Assembly: GCA_002104945.1 (NCBI GenBank)
Contig: MCFH01000019.1
Span: 1 to 64,000 of the forward strand
DNA: 64,000 nt
Direction: 5' to 3'
From: Piromyces finnis finn
Taxonomy: Eukaryota > Fungi > Neocallimastigomycota
Below are positions 1-13,290 of this stretch, piece after piece. Position 1 is the stretch's first letter; each line of letters begins with the position of its first letter. The translations under genes and the position numbers were made by a program. The notes beneath the pieces were generated by a model that worked only from the letters and a program-made list of their open reading frames with translations, did not search any database and was not told the DNA's origin.

Positions 1-272
1 AAAAATACTACCAATAATAATAACAATAATAACAATAATAACAACAATAATAATTAACCATTAAAAAATAAAAACTAAATAAAAAAAGTAATAAAAATAA
101 AAATAAACGTAAAATAATAAAGTTAAAGCGAGCAATACAAAAAAGTAAAAGTATTACTGTTTTATAAATGACTATAGCAACACATCAATAAAAAAAAAAA
201 GAGAAAAGAAATCATCATCATAAATATTAATGGTAGGAATAGTATAATTTTAAAGAAAAAAACAACACCAAA

Positions 273-316
<44 letters not shown>

Positions 317-1136
317 GATCAAAGTAATAAAAGAAATAGGATTTTTTGGTTTAATAAATAATGAAATGAAAGGGAAGGTTGCCTTTTTTTTTTTTTTTAT
401 TTTTAATTTTATACATTTCTCCATATTAAAAAAACCAAATAGATCATTAATAGTTTTTAAATGTAGAATGATTAATATTTTGTTGAACCTATTGTCTATT
501 AAAAGTAAATATTTGTTGTTATTATCACCATTATTAATTATTATTATGGTCTATTATTATGTCTTGTTATTTACTATTGAGATATAAAAATGCTTTTTCT
601 TTGTTTTTAATTTTATTAGCCTCTTTTAAAAGTCAAAGATAGCTTTTGGCTTGTAATGATTTTGAAATGAATATTATATAATATATATTAATAAATGTGA
701 CTTTATTTGTGGCTTTAATACAAAGATTAGAGGGTGCTTGATATGAATATCAAAAAAAAAAAAAAAAAATAGTGATGGTGGAGTGGTAGTAATAGCAATT
801 AATTTTATTTATATATATATATGTATAAACGTTTATATAAGAATGCACGTAAAGAATATGATGATGTCTGATTATTTCCTTTTTATAATAGAAAGAAAGA
901 AAGAAAAAAGAACTCATTAACTTTTATGAACATCTTGGCTAAAATAAAATAAAAAAAAAAGATATTCCACCAAAAAAAAAACAAATTTTTATTGGTTTTA
1001 ATAATTCAAGCATTTTTTTTAAAAAAAAAATACTTTTACATTAAAAAGTTTTAAATAGAATTGAATATTGCCTATTGTATATATATATATAAATTATCCT
1101 TTTATTAAAGTAGATAACAATAATACTAATATAATA

Positions 1137-1596
1137 ATGAACAGAGTTAAAACATTTGTAAATAAAAATAAACCAGATGGTAAAAACTTTTTTTTTTTTT
1201 TTTAAAAAAATTTAATAGAGCTATATATATATATTTTTTATAATAATATTTATCTTTTTGTTTATCTCTCCGTTTACTTATACATAAATGTTTATATCTA
1301 TATATGCATATTTATAAACTAAATAAAACTAAATAATAGTTAATTTAAGTAATTTTTCAAATACTCTTCAAAATTTTAAGACAAAAATCACAAATATAAC
1401 ATTTAATAATGAGGCAAGTGAAAACAATGGTCCAAGACTTGTTCGTTCAAGAAGTATAAGAAGTATAAGTAGTACTTCCAGTAAATCATCTAATAAATCA
1501 AATAAATCCAGTTTTGTTAAAAATATCAGTAATTCTATATTTTCAAGTAATAAAGAAAACTATTGTTCCAATAACTTTAATATAAATGACAAAAAA
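1137..1596 (+). CDS. Candidate two-exon coding segment (1137-1179, 1340-1596), Ser/Asn-rich, unknown product; 3' continuation unresolved
   Basis: ATG at 1137 gives MNRVKTFVNKNKPD, followed by a phase-1 donor G|GTAAAA at 1180. The acceptor AATAG at 1339 restores the frame (VNLSNFSNTLQNFKTK...NNGPRLVRSRSIRSISSTSSKSS...NDKK) up to a phase-0 donor GTAATT at 1597. Not in the ORF track. No family recognised. Confidence 0.45.
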
Positions 1597-2148
1597 GTAA
1601 TTATATACCAATGTTTTTTTTTTTTTAAAGATACTATTTTATTATTTCATGAATATTTAATGGAAATTGAAAATTTATTAAAGAAAATATTTCTTGTTTA
1701 CTGGAAAGAAAAATAACATGAATTAAAAAAAAAAAAATAAACCATGGGAATACAATAATAATAAAAAAGCTTAATTATATATATTTTTTAAAATATCTAA
1801 TTATAGAATTAAACTTTTTTCTTTTCCAGTTTTATTATCCATACCCACACTATTTTTTTGTTTTAATAATTGTCTTATATTAAATAAATATATGTCATAT
1901 TGAAATACTATATTTTATAAAGTATCAATATTACACATATATATTTAATAGTTAATTTATTATTATTAAAACTTTTAAAAATTTAAAATAATAATTATTA
2001 TCCATTAAATAATAATAATAATAATAATAATAATAATTTACCAAATACTAATCTTTACCAATTTATCTATCTATCTATCTATCTATCTACTTCTCTCTAT
2101 AAATATTTAATATTAATATTTATTATAACTTTTAATTTAATTTAATAC

Positions 2149-2181
<33 letters not shown>

Positions 2182-3327
2182 ATGCAAACATTAAATAATT
2201 TAAATGCAAAGGATGTTTCAAGAGTTTCCTCCTTTGCTGCTAACCATCCTTCAATAGCAAAAAAAGGTTTTCAAGTTGCAGCATATGCCTCTGGTGATAA
2301 AGAATTGGCCAAAAAGATTGGTCAAACCAGTACTAAAGATATAGCTAATACAGCTTCCAAGATTAATAAAGGAGCAAATTTTGTTGTTGAAAATCAAGAT
2401 ACTATCAATGAATTCAATAGATATACCAATGGCAATAACAATTCTAATCCATTGAATAAATTTATAAATTCATCCGCTATTTCAAATTCTAGTGCAAATT
2501 CAACTACCCATAGTTCCCTTCCATCTTCTTTCACTAGTCAAAATTCTTCAAATTCTTCTAGAATATCGGCTCCACCTCCTTTACCAGGCCGTGTAAATAA
2601 TGATGTTCGTGTCACTAGAAATAATTCAACTTCCGTACCTCCATCTCGTAGTATTAATACAGAAAAATTAGCAAGAAGTAACACTATCGGTAGTCCATCT
2701 CCAATAAATAATACTCTTCCCAATACCACTAAATTTAATAAACCACCACCACCACCAGTTCCAAGACATAAACCAGATTTGGATAAAATGACAGAAGTTA
2801 TCACTTCATCTGCTGCCGCCTCCAATGCTACATCAAAAAATGTAGCTGCACCACCACCATTACCTAATCGACCAGCACCTTCTAAATTAAAACGTTCTGG
2901 TTCCGACTCAAAATTGTTAAATGAAGCCGGAAATGAAGCAAAGAATAAAACTAACACTATTTCTCGTGGAAATACCGATACACAACATTCCCCATTCAAC
3001 ACCAATAATACCATTAAAACACAATTTAATAATAATGATTGTGCCAATGAAATATCACGTATTTTTAAAATAACGATGCCAATGGATAATGTTAATCGTT
3101 ATGCTAATGTTTTTATACAAATTGCCGAAAATAATCTTGTAACCGATGCGACCGTGAAAGCCATATGGATGCAATCTGGTATTCCAAAAAGTACATTGGC
3201 AAAAATTTGGACCTATGTTAATAGAAAATTAGATGGATTACTAGAAAAGAGTGAATTTATTGTTGGTATGTACCTAATTGATCAATATCTAAATGGTTAT
3301 GATATTGAATACTATTTTAATATTTAA
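2182..3327 (+). CDS. Proline-rich protein with C-terminal EH domain (Irs4/Tax4-like)
   Basis: 381-aa intronless ORF with PPPLP/PPPVP motifs. The C-terminus VKAIWMQSGIPKSTLAKIWTYVNRKLDGLLEKSEFIVGMYLIDQYLNG matches the EH-domain pattern. A disordered N-terminus plus one terminal EH domain is the architecture of yeast Irs4/Tax4. Confidence 0.75.
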   Translation: MQTLNNLNAKDVSRVSSFAANHPSIAKKGFQVAAYASGDKELAKKIGQTSTKDIANTASKINKGANFVVENQDTINEFNRYTNGNNNSNPLNKFINSSAISNSSANSTTHSSLPSSFTSQNSSNSSRISAPPPLPGRVNNDVRVTRNNSTSVPPSRSINTEKLARSNTIGSPSPINNTLPNTTKFNKPPPPPVPRHKPDLDKMTEVITSSAAASNATSKNVAAPPPLPNRPAPSKLKRSGSDSKLLNEAGNEAKNKTNTISRGNTDTQHSPFNTNNTIKTQFNNNDCANEISRIFKITMPMDNVNRYANVFIQIAENNLVTDATVKAIWMQSGIPKSTLAKIWTYVNRKLDGLLEKSEFIVGMYLIDQYLNGYDIEYYFNI

Positions 3328-3882
3328 GAAGCATGAAAGACGAAAGGAAAAAAAAAAAAATCAAAGAAAATAAATAAAATAAAAATTATAACAAAAAAAA
3401 AAAAAAAAAAAAAAAAAGAAATATAATGTAAAAATATATATATTGTAATTATTATTATAATTGACTATCATTTACAAAGAAAATAATAGATCTAGGTATG
3501 CATTTACCCTTTTTCATTTCTTTTATAAAAAAAAAAAAAAAAAAGGATAGATTTTATACCTAACTAAACATATAATAAAGATTTAAAAAAAAAAAAAGAA
3601 TTTTTAATTTAATTTAATTTAAAATATATATATATATATATATTAAATAGTGACTTTAATTGTCAATCATAATAAAAAAAAAAAAAAAAAAAAGAAGGAA
3701 AAGAAAAAGAAAAGAATATATACAAGTGTATGTCACTAATATTTGGTTAAACCTCCATAATCATTACAATGTTGGTTTAACTTTTTAAATTCTGTTTCAA
3801 TTTATGTGTTTGCACTTTACATTTTTTTCTTTGATCCTTTATAATCATTTAAATTTAATAATATTTATTGGTTTATTTTATT

Positions 3883-3928
<46 letters not shown>

Positions 3929-4347
3929 AAAATAGGACTTGATCCTAATGGTAAAATTCAAAAAAAAATATTCTTATAAGAAAATGTGTTGATAAATAAT
4001 AGAATAAACATTGATTGTAAACATCTATAGAAATGAAAATAAATAGTATAAGTAAAATCTATATATAACAATATTATTAATATTAATAATAATTTATCAT
4101 TATTATCATCATCATAAAAAAATAAAAATAAAAAATAGTCATTTATTAATGATTTACTTATTATTAATCTGTGATCTGTTATTTTTTGATTGTAAATATA
4201 TATATATACATATTATATATTTTACTATTGTAAAAAAAAGAATAAGATAAAATAAATAGAAATTTTAAATGAAATATATATAATCCTATTAATAATATTT
4301 AAATAAAAAAAAAAAAAAAAAAGGAGGAATCTATCCTTTTTTTTTTT

Positions 4348-4992
4348 TTAATTCTTTTTTATAGAAGATGATCGAAGAACAAACATTGATTTTCTTCTAT
4401 ACTTTTCATCAATCTTTTTATGTGTTTGTGATTTTATACTTTGCTTTGAAGGACTTTGGGTAATAAATAAATTACTTTCTTGGTATTTTTCATCAAAAAT
4501 TTTTGTTGAATCCTATATCCATTATTAATTTTATTGCCATTGTCATTATTGGTGTTGTTGTTTAACGATTAATATTTAAAAAAATAATATATAGTAATAA
4601 GTATAATAATTATATTATATATATATAAATATAAAGAATGAGAATAAATTTTTTTTTTTTTTTTTTTTTTTTTTATACTTGAAATTATTTTTAAAATAAT
4701 ATTAATAGATAGATAGATATTACTGTTAAATTAAATTTAATAACTTACATTACTACTGTGAGAGGATAAAAATGGATTACTTGATTTATCAAAAAATTTA
4801 TAAGAAAGTGGTGAACCTAAAGAATATCGAGAAAATGCTTTAGACCTTGACTTTGGCGATGGTGTCTTTATCGATGATGATGAAGAAGTGGTTTTATTTA
4901 TTATTGGTATAAGAGACTTTCTTCTTTGTATTCTTTCCTTTTGTTGATCGGATGATTCTTTTCATTATGAAATATGTAAAAGAAATTAAAAA

Positions 4993-5042
<50 letters not shown>

Positions 5043-8000
5043 GCAATTATTAATATTAGAAAAAAAAAATTTTTTTTTATCAAAACTAATAATAGTATAA
5101 ATATATATATATATATATAAAATTATCAATTTATTATAATTACCTTTAATAGGTGTAATTATTTTATTATGAAGTTTAGTTTTGGTTGGTTCACTTCTTG
5201 TTAATAGGGTTGTTGGTGAATTTACTGGTGTTGTTCTTGATCTTTTATGATTTGGTGTCACAATCTCAATACTTCTTGTTCGTTTTACAGTTAAAGAAGG
5301 TGATTTATTGGAAGTTGGTGAATAGTGTGGTGATGATTTTAAAATTGATTTCTTAGGTGTTGGAGTACGGAATAATACTTTTGAAGGTAAAGAAAATAAT
5401 GATTTTCTTTTTTTTGCTGAGGATGAATTATTTTTTTCTATGTCTTTAAAAGGTAAAATTTTTGATTTAGGGGTTCTTTGTAATGGTGATGAATTTACGT
5501 CATTATTTCTTTTACTTGTCGATGAAGAATACGTCGAATTACCTTTTGAATTTTTCTTTAGAGAAGAATGTGATTCTGTCATCGAATTTCCCGATTTTTT
5601 AGGTGTAATGGTATTATTGATGATATTTATGTCATCATCAGGTATAATATGGACTTGTTGACTTGATTTGCTTGGAATATGGCTAGAAGCATTTATAATT
5701 AAATCTTCATCATTTTCAGAACTGGTACCCGTATTATCATGGATATCTTGAATTTTAATATCGGTGGATGAAGAGGCGTCATTAGGTTTATCTATTTCAA
5801 TAACACCATCTTCAATAGTTATAATATTGCGACCATTATTGTTATTATTTTTACTTTTGGAATAACTGTCATCATTAAAGTTGATTTTTGTAGTATACTT
5901 TTTAAGGTATTCAGCCGTATTAGAAGGTTCATCATACATAACCTTATCATCTACTAATTGCATTGCATCATCATCATTTTCCATAATCATAGGTTCTTCT
6001 TCTTTATTATGATTATGTGGTTTATCATTCATAGGATGTTCATTATCATAGGTTACTTCCATTTTATCATCATGAATTTTTATATTATTACTTTTAAGAG
6101 AATGAATAGAAATGCTCTTTCTTCGGGATGGCGTATCTGCCAATGTAATATCTTCAATTTTATCTGTTTCACAAAAAGAGACATCACTCAACATATAATC
6201 ATCTTCATCTTCATCTTGATCAGTGTATAAATAGGCAGTAGATGACTCTGGAACATTATTAATACTAGCTCTTCCAGCAATATCAATAAAAATTGATAAT
6301 GCACCTTGTAATACCTCTTCGATATGTTCCTGTTCTTCCAAAGTGACATTTGATTCGAGACTACTAATAAAAGCTTGAATACTGAATAAATGTCCAAGGT
6401 GTTGAGAAGCAATATTTTGTTGGGTACTAAGTTCATTTTCCATATTAACTTGTAATGAAGTAAGTTTAGTTGCCAATTGAGAATTCATTGAAGATAAACC
6501 TAATAATTTAATTTCTTGATCAAGATGTCTTCTTTGATCAAGATTCAAAGTTTTTGCTAATTTACCTTCTTGTAGGTCAATAATATGTGCATTATATCTA
6601 TCAAGAATACGTTTTTTAATTTGCAATTTTTGTTTTAATGTCTCATTTAATAATTCTAATTCTTCTATTCCTTGATTTAATGGTTTTGTATATTGAGTCA
6701 ATGGATTAATAGGTTGTTTTGATAATTCCGAATAGTGATGGATAGAATTAATTAAATTTTGTAAAAAGTTTATTTGTGTTGAATTTTTCTCTATTTCCGT
6801 TGTAATTAAAGAACAATCTAATTCTTTATTTTGTATTCCTACATAACATTTTCTTATTCTTCCTAAAAGATCTTCAAATATTCTTCTTTGGTGAAGTATT
6901 GTTTCTTCATCCTGAATAAGCATTGTTGATTTTCTCCTAAATGTTCTTAATTTTGCCTTTAATTCATCAACTTCTGAACGTAATTCCTATACAATGAAAA
7001 ATATTTTAAAGTTTATATATTTTTAGTATAAATAATAAATAATAATCATAGTATAAAAATTTTTTTTATTTCATAAAATAATAATAATAATAATAATCAA
7101 ATACCATAAATTAAAAAAAGAAAAAAAATTTAAAAATAAAATATAGGTATATATAACTATAAAAAAATAAATAAACAAATACTTGAATTATTTTTGGGTA
7201 TTGTGCAATATGAGATTCTACATGAATAAGATTTTGTTCAATTTTTGTTTTAATATTTTTAGCACGATTAGCATATTTTAATGTATTATGAGTTTCTTCA
7301 TAATGTAAAGAAGATGGGCTGACATTTGTAATCATGACTACTTTACAATTTCCTCCCAAAGAAAATTTCAATAATCTTGTCAATTTTGAATCACGGTAAG
7401 GAATATGGAAAGAATTTGTACATAATGCATTGATACAATTTCCTAATGCTAATAATGATCTTTTTAAATGTATTTTAGTCAAAAATTAAAATAAATACAT
7501 TATTAAGATTTATTTAATCAATAAATATATATATTTTAACATATCAAGTTAAAATCAATTTTTATATAAAATTTTTTTCTATAATTTTATTTTTAATATA
7601 CCTATTAATATTAGCACCTTCCACTAATCTTTCACCTTGATTTTTAGAAACAGATGCTCTTTCACTCCCAGCTAAATCAATTATACTTAAGACAGCAGAT
7701 GTATAATCTGTAGTAATGTTAGCTTCTCTTTCCTTTTGTTTGATTTGAAGTTGAAGAACAGCATGAGATCTTGAACTAACTTTATTAGCTTCTGTAGCAG
7801 CTTTTGTTCTATTATTATTTCCTTTTATTAATAATTTTATAACATCATCAACATTATTTGGATGATGTTCACTTAATCCTGAAACAATAACACCATTTGA
7901 ATCCTCTCTTAGATTTAACGGGGTTAAAGTTTTTGTATCAGGTGCAAGTAAATCTCTTATTGTTTCATTATACACTTCTAAATACGATAATGATGATTCA

Positions 8001-8889
8001 ATGATTTTATTATCTTTATACTCTTCAATCTTTTTAAATAATTCATTCATTGTTCTTGGTATGATTCCTATTTTGTTATTAATATTTTTACCATTGTTAC
8101 TATGGAGGAAAGTTTTTATTAAAAAAAAGTAAAGCTTTTTTTTTTTTTTTTATTAATAATTACCTGGATCTTCGGCTGTTCCAGTAATAGTATATGTTTT
8201 ACCTTTTTAATAGAAACAAAATATTTAGTAATATTATTTTTTTTTAAAAAAAAAAAAAGAACAATAATAATAGTTGTATAAAGAAAATTAAATATTACTA
8301 CTAATAATTATTTTTATTATTTAATTAATTACCGCATCCTGTTGCTCCATAGGCAAATACTGTTGCATTATATCTATTTTTTATGTATCATAATTATACA
8401 TATTACTAATCATTAAAATCTTTATAGATATTGTAAAATGAAATAAAAATGCAATATTTCACACTTTTTTTTTTAAAAAAAAAAGAAAAAGAAAAAACAA
8501 CTTTATATATACCCATTTAAAACATCGTCAATTAAGAATTTAGTAGTATTCTCAAAAACTTCTTGTTGAGTACAATTTTCGTCAAATACATGGTCAAATG
8601 CATATCTAATATCTTTATTTCTTCTATTATTATGACTTGGGATTCTAAATAATTCTTTATTATTTGAATTTAAAGGATCAAATACCAGAATATTTCGATC
8701 AATGACATTTATAATTTTTTTCCCAAAAGAATTATTATTGTAGGTTGAATCAATTTCAGGAAAATTACTTTCGTTTTCTGGTTCAAGAAATTGTTTTTCT
8801 TTACTATTTAACGGTCTTACTCTAACAGTAACTAAAATATTGGATTTTTCCTGTTTTTGTAAGTTTCCTGAAGTTGATTCCACAATCAT
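4348..8889 (-). CDS. KIP3: Kinesin-8 family motor (Kip3/KIF18/KIF19-like), 8 exons, about 1138 aa
   Basis: Exons assembled by hand: 8889-8513, 8373-8333, 8202-8164, 8067-7602, 7459-7183, 6986-5144, 4957-4749, 4512-4348 (sum 3417 nt, in frame). Motifs: P-loop [11 protein letters not shown], switch [35 protein letters not shown] and the kinesin-8-type [16 protein letters not shown] coiled coil and a Ser/Thr/Lys-rich tail follow. Confidence 0.93.
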
Positions 8890-11800
8890 TTTATATATAT
8901 AAACTTTTTTTTTTTTTTGAAAAAAGAATAATCTTTTACTTTAAATTGATTACAAAAATTTTGAATATATTGAAGTTAAACAACCATTAATTTATACTAA
9001 ATTGATATTTACTTAATTTTAATAATTTAGATTTGTTTAAAATATAAAACTATTTCATTGTATTATTTTCAAGTGAAATTCCTGAAATTCAGTAAAATGT
9101 ATAAATGTTATTGTACTATTGTTATTACTAAATGTCAACACTGTATCCCTTTACAATTTAAATTATATATATATAAATAAAAAGTTAATAATACGAAAAA
9201 AAAAAAAGAAGAAGGAAAGAAATAATATTTGCTTTAATAATCTTCAATTAAAATAAATAATTTATTTTAAGAAATAAGTTTTTTTTTAATTGTTACTTTT
9301 ATAAACTTTTTAAAATTTACTAAGGAATTAATATATTTAATGGGAGATATAAGAATTTTAAATTTAGTCGTTGTTTTTTTTTCTAATATTTATTTTTTGT
9401 CTTTTTAATTTTTTAACTTATATATATACTTTATAACTTTTCTTTACCTTTAACAATAATATTAAGAATAACATTTACTAAATTCTTTTAATTCTTCAAT
9501 AGGTCAAAAGTCAAAAAAGTTACTTTATATAAAAATGTTGATAATAAATTAATTATATATTAATATTAAAAAATTTATAGATGGCCCATTATGGGCCAAA
9601 ATTTTAATTTTTATTTGTATATTTGTCGTAAATACATAATTTATTTTATTACATTATTAATACATTATTGTAATCACATTATGTACTATTTTATTATATA
9701 ATACTTTAAAATTAATAGTACAAACTCACTATTTACTATTCAAAAAATAAATAAATAGATAGATAAATAAATAGTTAAATAAATGAATGAATAGATTGAT
9801 AAATAAATAAATAAAAATAGAACAATAATATAAAAAATAGAAGAAGAATAAAATTTATGTACGCCTATAAAGTTATAAATAGATCAAGATCTATAAAACT
9901 CTACAATGTAGTTTATTTGATCATTTAGTTATATATATCTCCTTAATATTATTGTTATTAATATTATTAGTAATTCCACCATCCATAATAAAAATTTTTC
10001 CATGAAATAATATAATATTAATTATTTAATTATTCCATTAAGATGATAAATTAATTATTTAATTAGTGTGGATATTAAAAAGTTGTCCTATAAAAAAAAA
10101 GGAAAAGGAAAAGGATTATTCCTATGTAAAGTGAATGTATTTATACTGTTATTAATGATGGTTTTATTTCTCACTCTATCAAAAATATAGATTAATATCT
10201 TTACTTTTAATAATTAATTTTTTAAAGTATCTTTTTTTTTTAATATATAGATTTATTTTTATTTTTTTTACTATAGTCTATAGATAATGAATTTTTTTAT
10301 ATATATTCTATTTTCAATGAATTATTCTTCTATTCTATCTTGGTAGATAAATCATTTTTTTATAAATACCATTTTTTTTACATTTTTATAAATTATTACT
10401 AATAAATAGCATTTCTACTTTTTATAGTTTAATAGTAATAATAAATCTTTTTATAGAATGTTTCTAATACTACTGGTATTAACATCTCATTTCTTCCTAC
10501 CTACCTACTATTTTCTTTTCTTTTTATAGTATAGTTTAATTATTATGAAAACGGTTCATTAAACTTTTTTTTTTTTTGATCTTTTCATCTAAATATTCAT
10601 TAACCCTTTCACCAAAAAATTTTGCTATTGGTGAATCAATTCACATGAATTCTGGTAGAATGGTTGTACAAATATCTCATTTCATTTTCATTTTTATATG
10701 CATACAATGATGCATACAATGATGCATAACATGATCATAGATGAGAAAAAGCAATTTAATTTGGTTAAAACATTTTAATATACAAAAAAGAAGAGAATAG
10801 GTTATGACGATGATTATTTTTTAAAATGACTTTATCCATTATATTCATTATTATACCCTAGATCAAATATCAAATGATTAAAAAATCATGTTATTTTCAT
10901 TTTAATAAAACATCATTCATCTTCCATTAAATTCCTCAAAAAATTATTTATGAGTATTAAACCATAGAGATTAAATAATTAGTCATGATTAATAATAGTA
11001 CATTTTTTCCCACCTTCCTTCACTTCTTCTTCTAATGTAAAATGGATTCGAAATAATATCAAAATGTACATTTTGATAATACATTAATGTATTACAAAAA
11101 TAAAACTTTTTTTTTAATAAAAATTCTAAGCCAAGTTTCTTTTAATATTACCAAAAAAGAGAAAAAAAAAGATATTATTATAATTAAACTTTATATGTTA
11201 AAAAGCTTAGCATTTTAAAGTTTAAATTACAATTTCAATAAAAGGTTACAAAGCAATTTTAAACATTTTTTTAGGGAAGATTTCAGCCATAATTATAATT
11301 ATTTTCTCTATTTATTTTCTCTATTTTCATGCCATCTTTAAAAAATGAATATTTACATATCATTATTCAGTATTTGAAAAATGTAAATATTATTTATTTA
11401 TAGGTCTTAAATGCGTATATGTTTGTTTATTATTACTATTGTTATTACTACTGCTATTATTATTGTTAATAAAAAAGAATTATTCAAACATTTTAATTTA
11501 TTATTGCATATTGCCTTACTGTAAACCCGGAATGAAACTCAATAATTATTTTAATTATTTCCATACAATTTTTTTTTAAAAAAAAAAGAATACCATTTCT
11601 TTTAATTAATGATTTCTTACTTACAACCACTACTATTATTTCTTTTTAGTATTTTTTAAATACTATAAAAACCTTTACCTTTTACCTTTACCTTCCTTCC
11701 TTCCTTAATAGTTATAGATTTTTTATTTAAAATCTTTATTAAAAATATTCATTTTTATATTAAATAAAGTTTATTAATAAGGTATGACAAAAGTATGAAA

Positions 11801-13290
11801 TTAATTAATAACTTTAAATTATTTAATTTAATTTTAAGTATTATCATTTGGTACCCAAAGTATATAAAGATTTAAAAAATACGTGTAATACAATATATTC
11901 ACATTATATTCCTATATATTAATATAATATATTAATATGAATTTTAAATAAATTAAAATTTTAATATTAAAAGATTTATACATTTTTTATGAAATCATCC
12001 TATTTTTGTATAAATAAACAAAAACAATTCAAATCCAATAGTATTGTAATTAATATAATCAATATAATATAATATATCCAATAATGACTATTCAAATATA
12101 TTAGCGTATATTAATGGAATTTTGAAAAAGTGAATTTGGAAAACTTCAAAATTTAAAAGATAATAATATGATGATGTATATTAAATCCTATTGAATAGTC
12201 ATAATATATTAGAGTATATTTCACAATATATTCAATATATTATCATCATCTATAATTTAATATAAAGAACACTTGAATTCCTTTTTTTTTTTCTTTATCA
12301 GTTTCTTTTCTTTTTTTTTTTTTCTTGTTAGTTTTTATTATTTATTTAATTAGTATAGAAAAGAAAAGATATCCTAACGATAAAAAGACCTTTTTTTTTT
12401 TTTCTTTCTTTCTTTCCCTATAATATATTTATGAATATTGAAGTTAATACCAGCATTGGTTAAACTTTTAAATAAATAATTTCATATAATCTTGATAAAA
12501 TGTTATACTGATTATATATATTTATTTAAAAGGATACAAAGAAAAAATTAACAAAAAAAAAAAAAAAAGTAATCAATAGAGCATTATATATTTAATAATC
12601 ATAGATATTATTAAATATATTATATATAAATATAAATAAAACCTTACAAAGTCATTTGTAAATACAACAAGTCAAAACAGTATTAATAGGTTTTATGATA
12701 AAAAGTCAAACTTTTTAAATAGCTTTTTATTTGTAACAATTATGTTTTTTAAAAAAGTCATTTGAAAGAATCACTTTATGTATATAATAATATACTAAAC
12801 TAAAAAAAAATATTTAATGTTTTGTATATACAAGTAAAAGATAAATATCAATAATAATTTAAAATAACTTTTTTTTAAAAAAAAGTATTTATTAAAAAAT
12901 AAATAAAATATATTAAAGGTAAAATATAGTAAAATTCAATACTCTTTTTTTTTTAAAAAAAAAAGTGAATATTATTAAAATAATAAAAAATATTACTATT
13001 AATTATATAATAAAATCTGAATTATAAAGGATAATATCTTTGTATTTATTATATAATAATATCAAATAAAATAAAATATAAGCAACCAAAATTTATTTTA
13101 AATATAACGTAAAACAAACATTTCAGTATATTCAACAATTAATATTATAGAAAATATAATTTAAAACGGGACTGTAATAAATTTGTGAAAAAAAAAAGAA
13201 AGAAAAAATTCTTTTTTTACTATTCTATTTAACTTTTTTTTTAAAAAAAAAAATAATTGAATTATTTTAATAATATAATAATTATTCACA

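Noticed and set aside
2538-3047. 169-aa antisense ORF over the EH gene
   Set aside because: Shadow frame of a Pro/Ser/Asn-rich sense gene with no recognisable motifs.
3745-3781. Small hairpin GTTAAACC...GGTTTAAC between convergent genes
   Set aside because: An 8-bp AT-rich stem is expected by chance at this composition.
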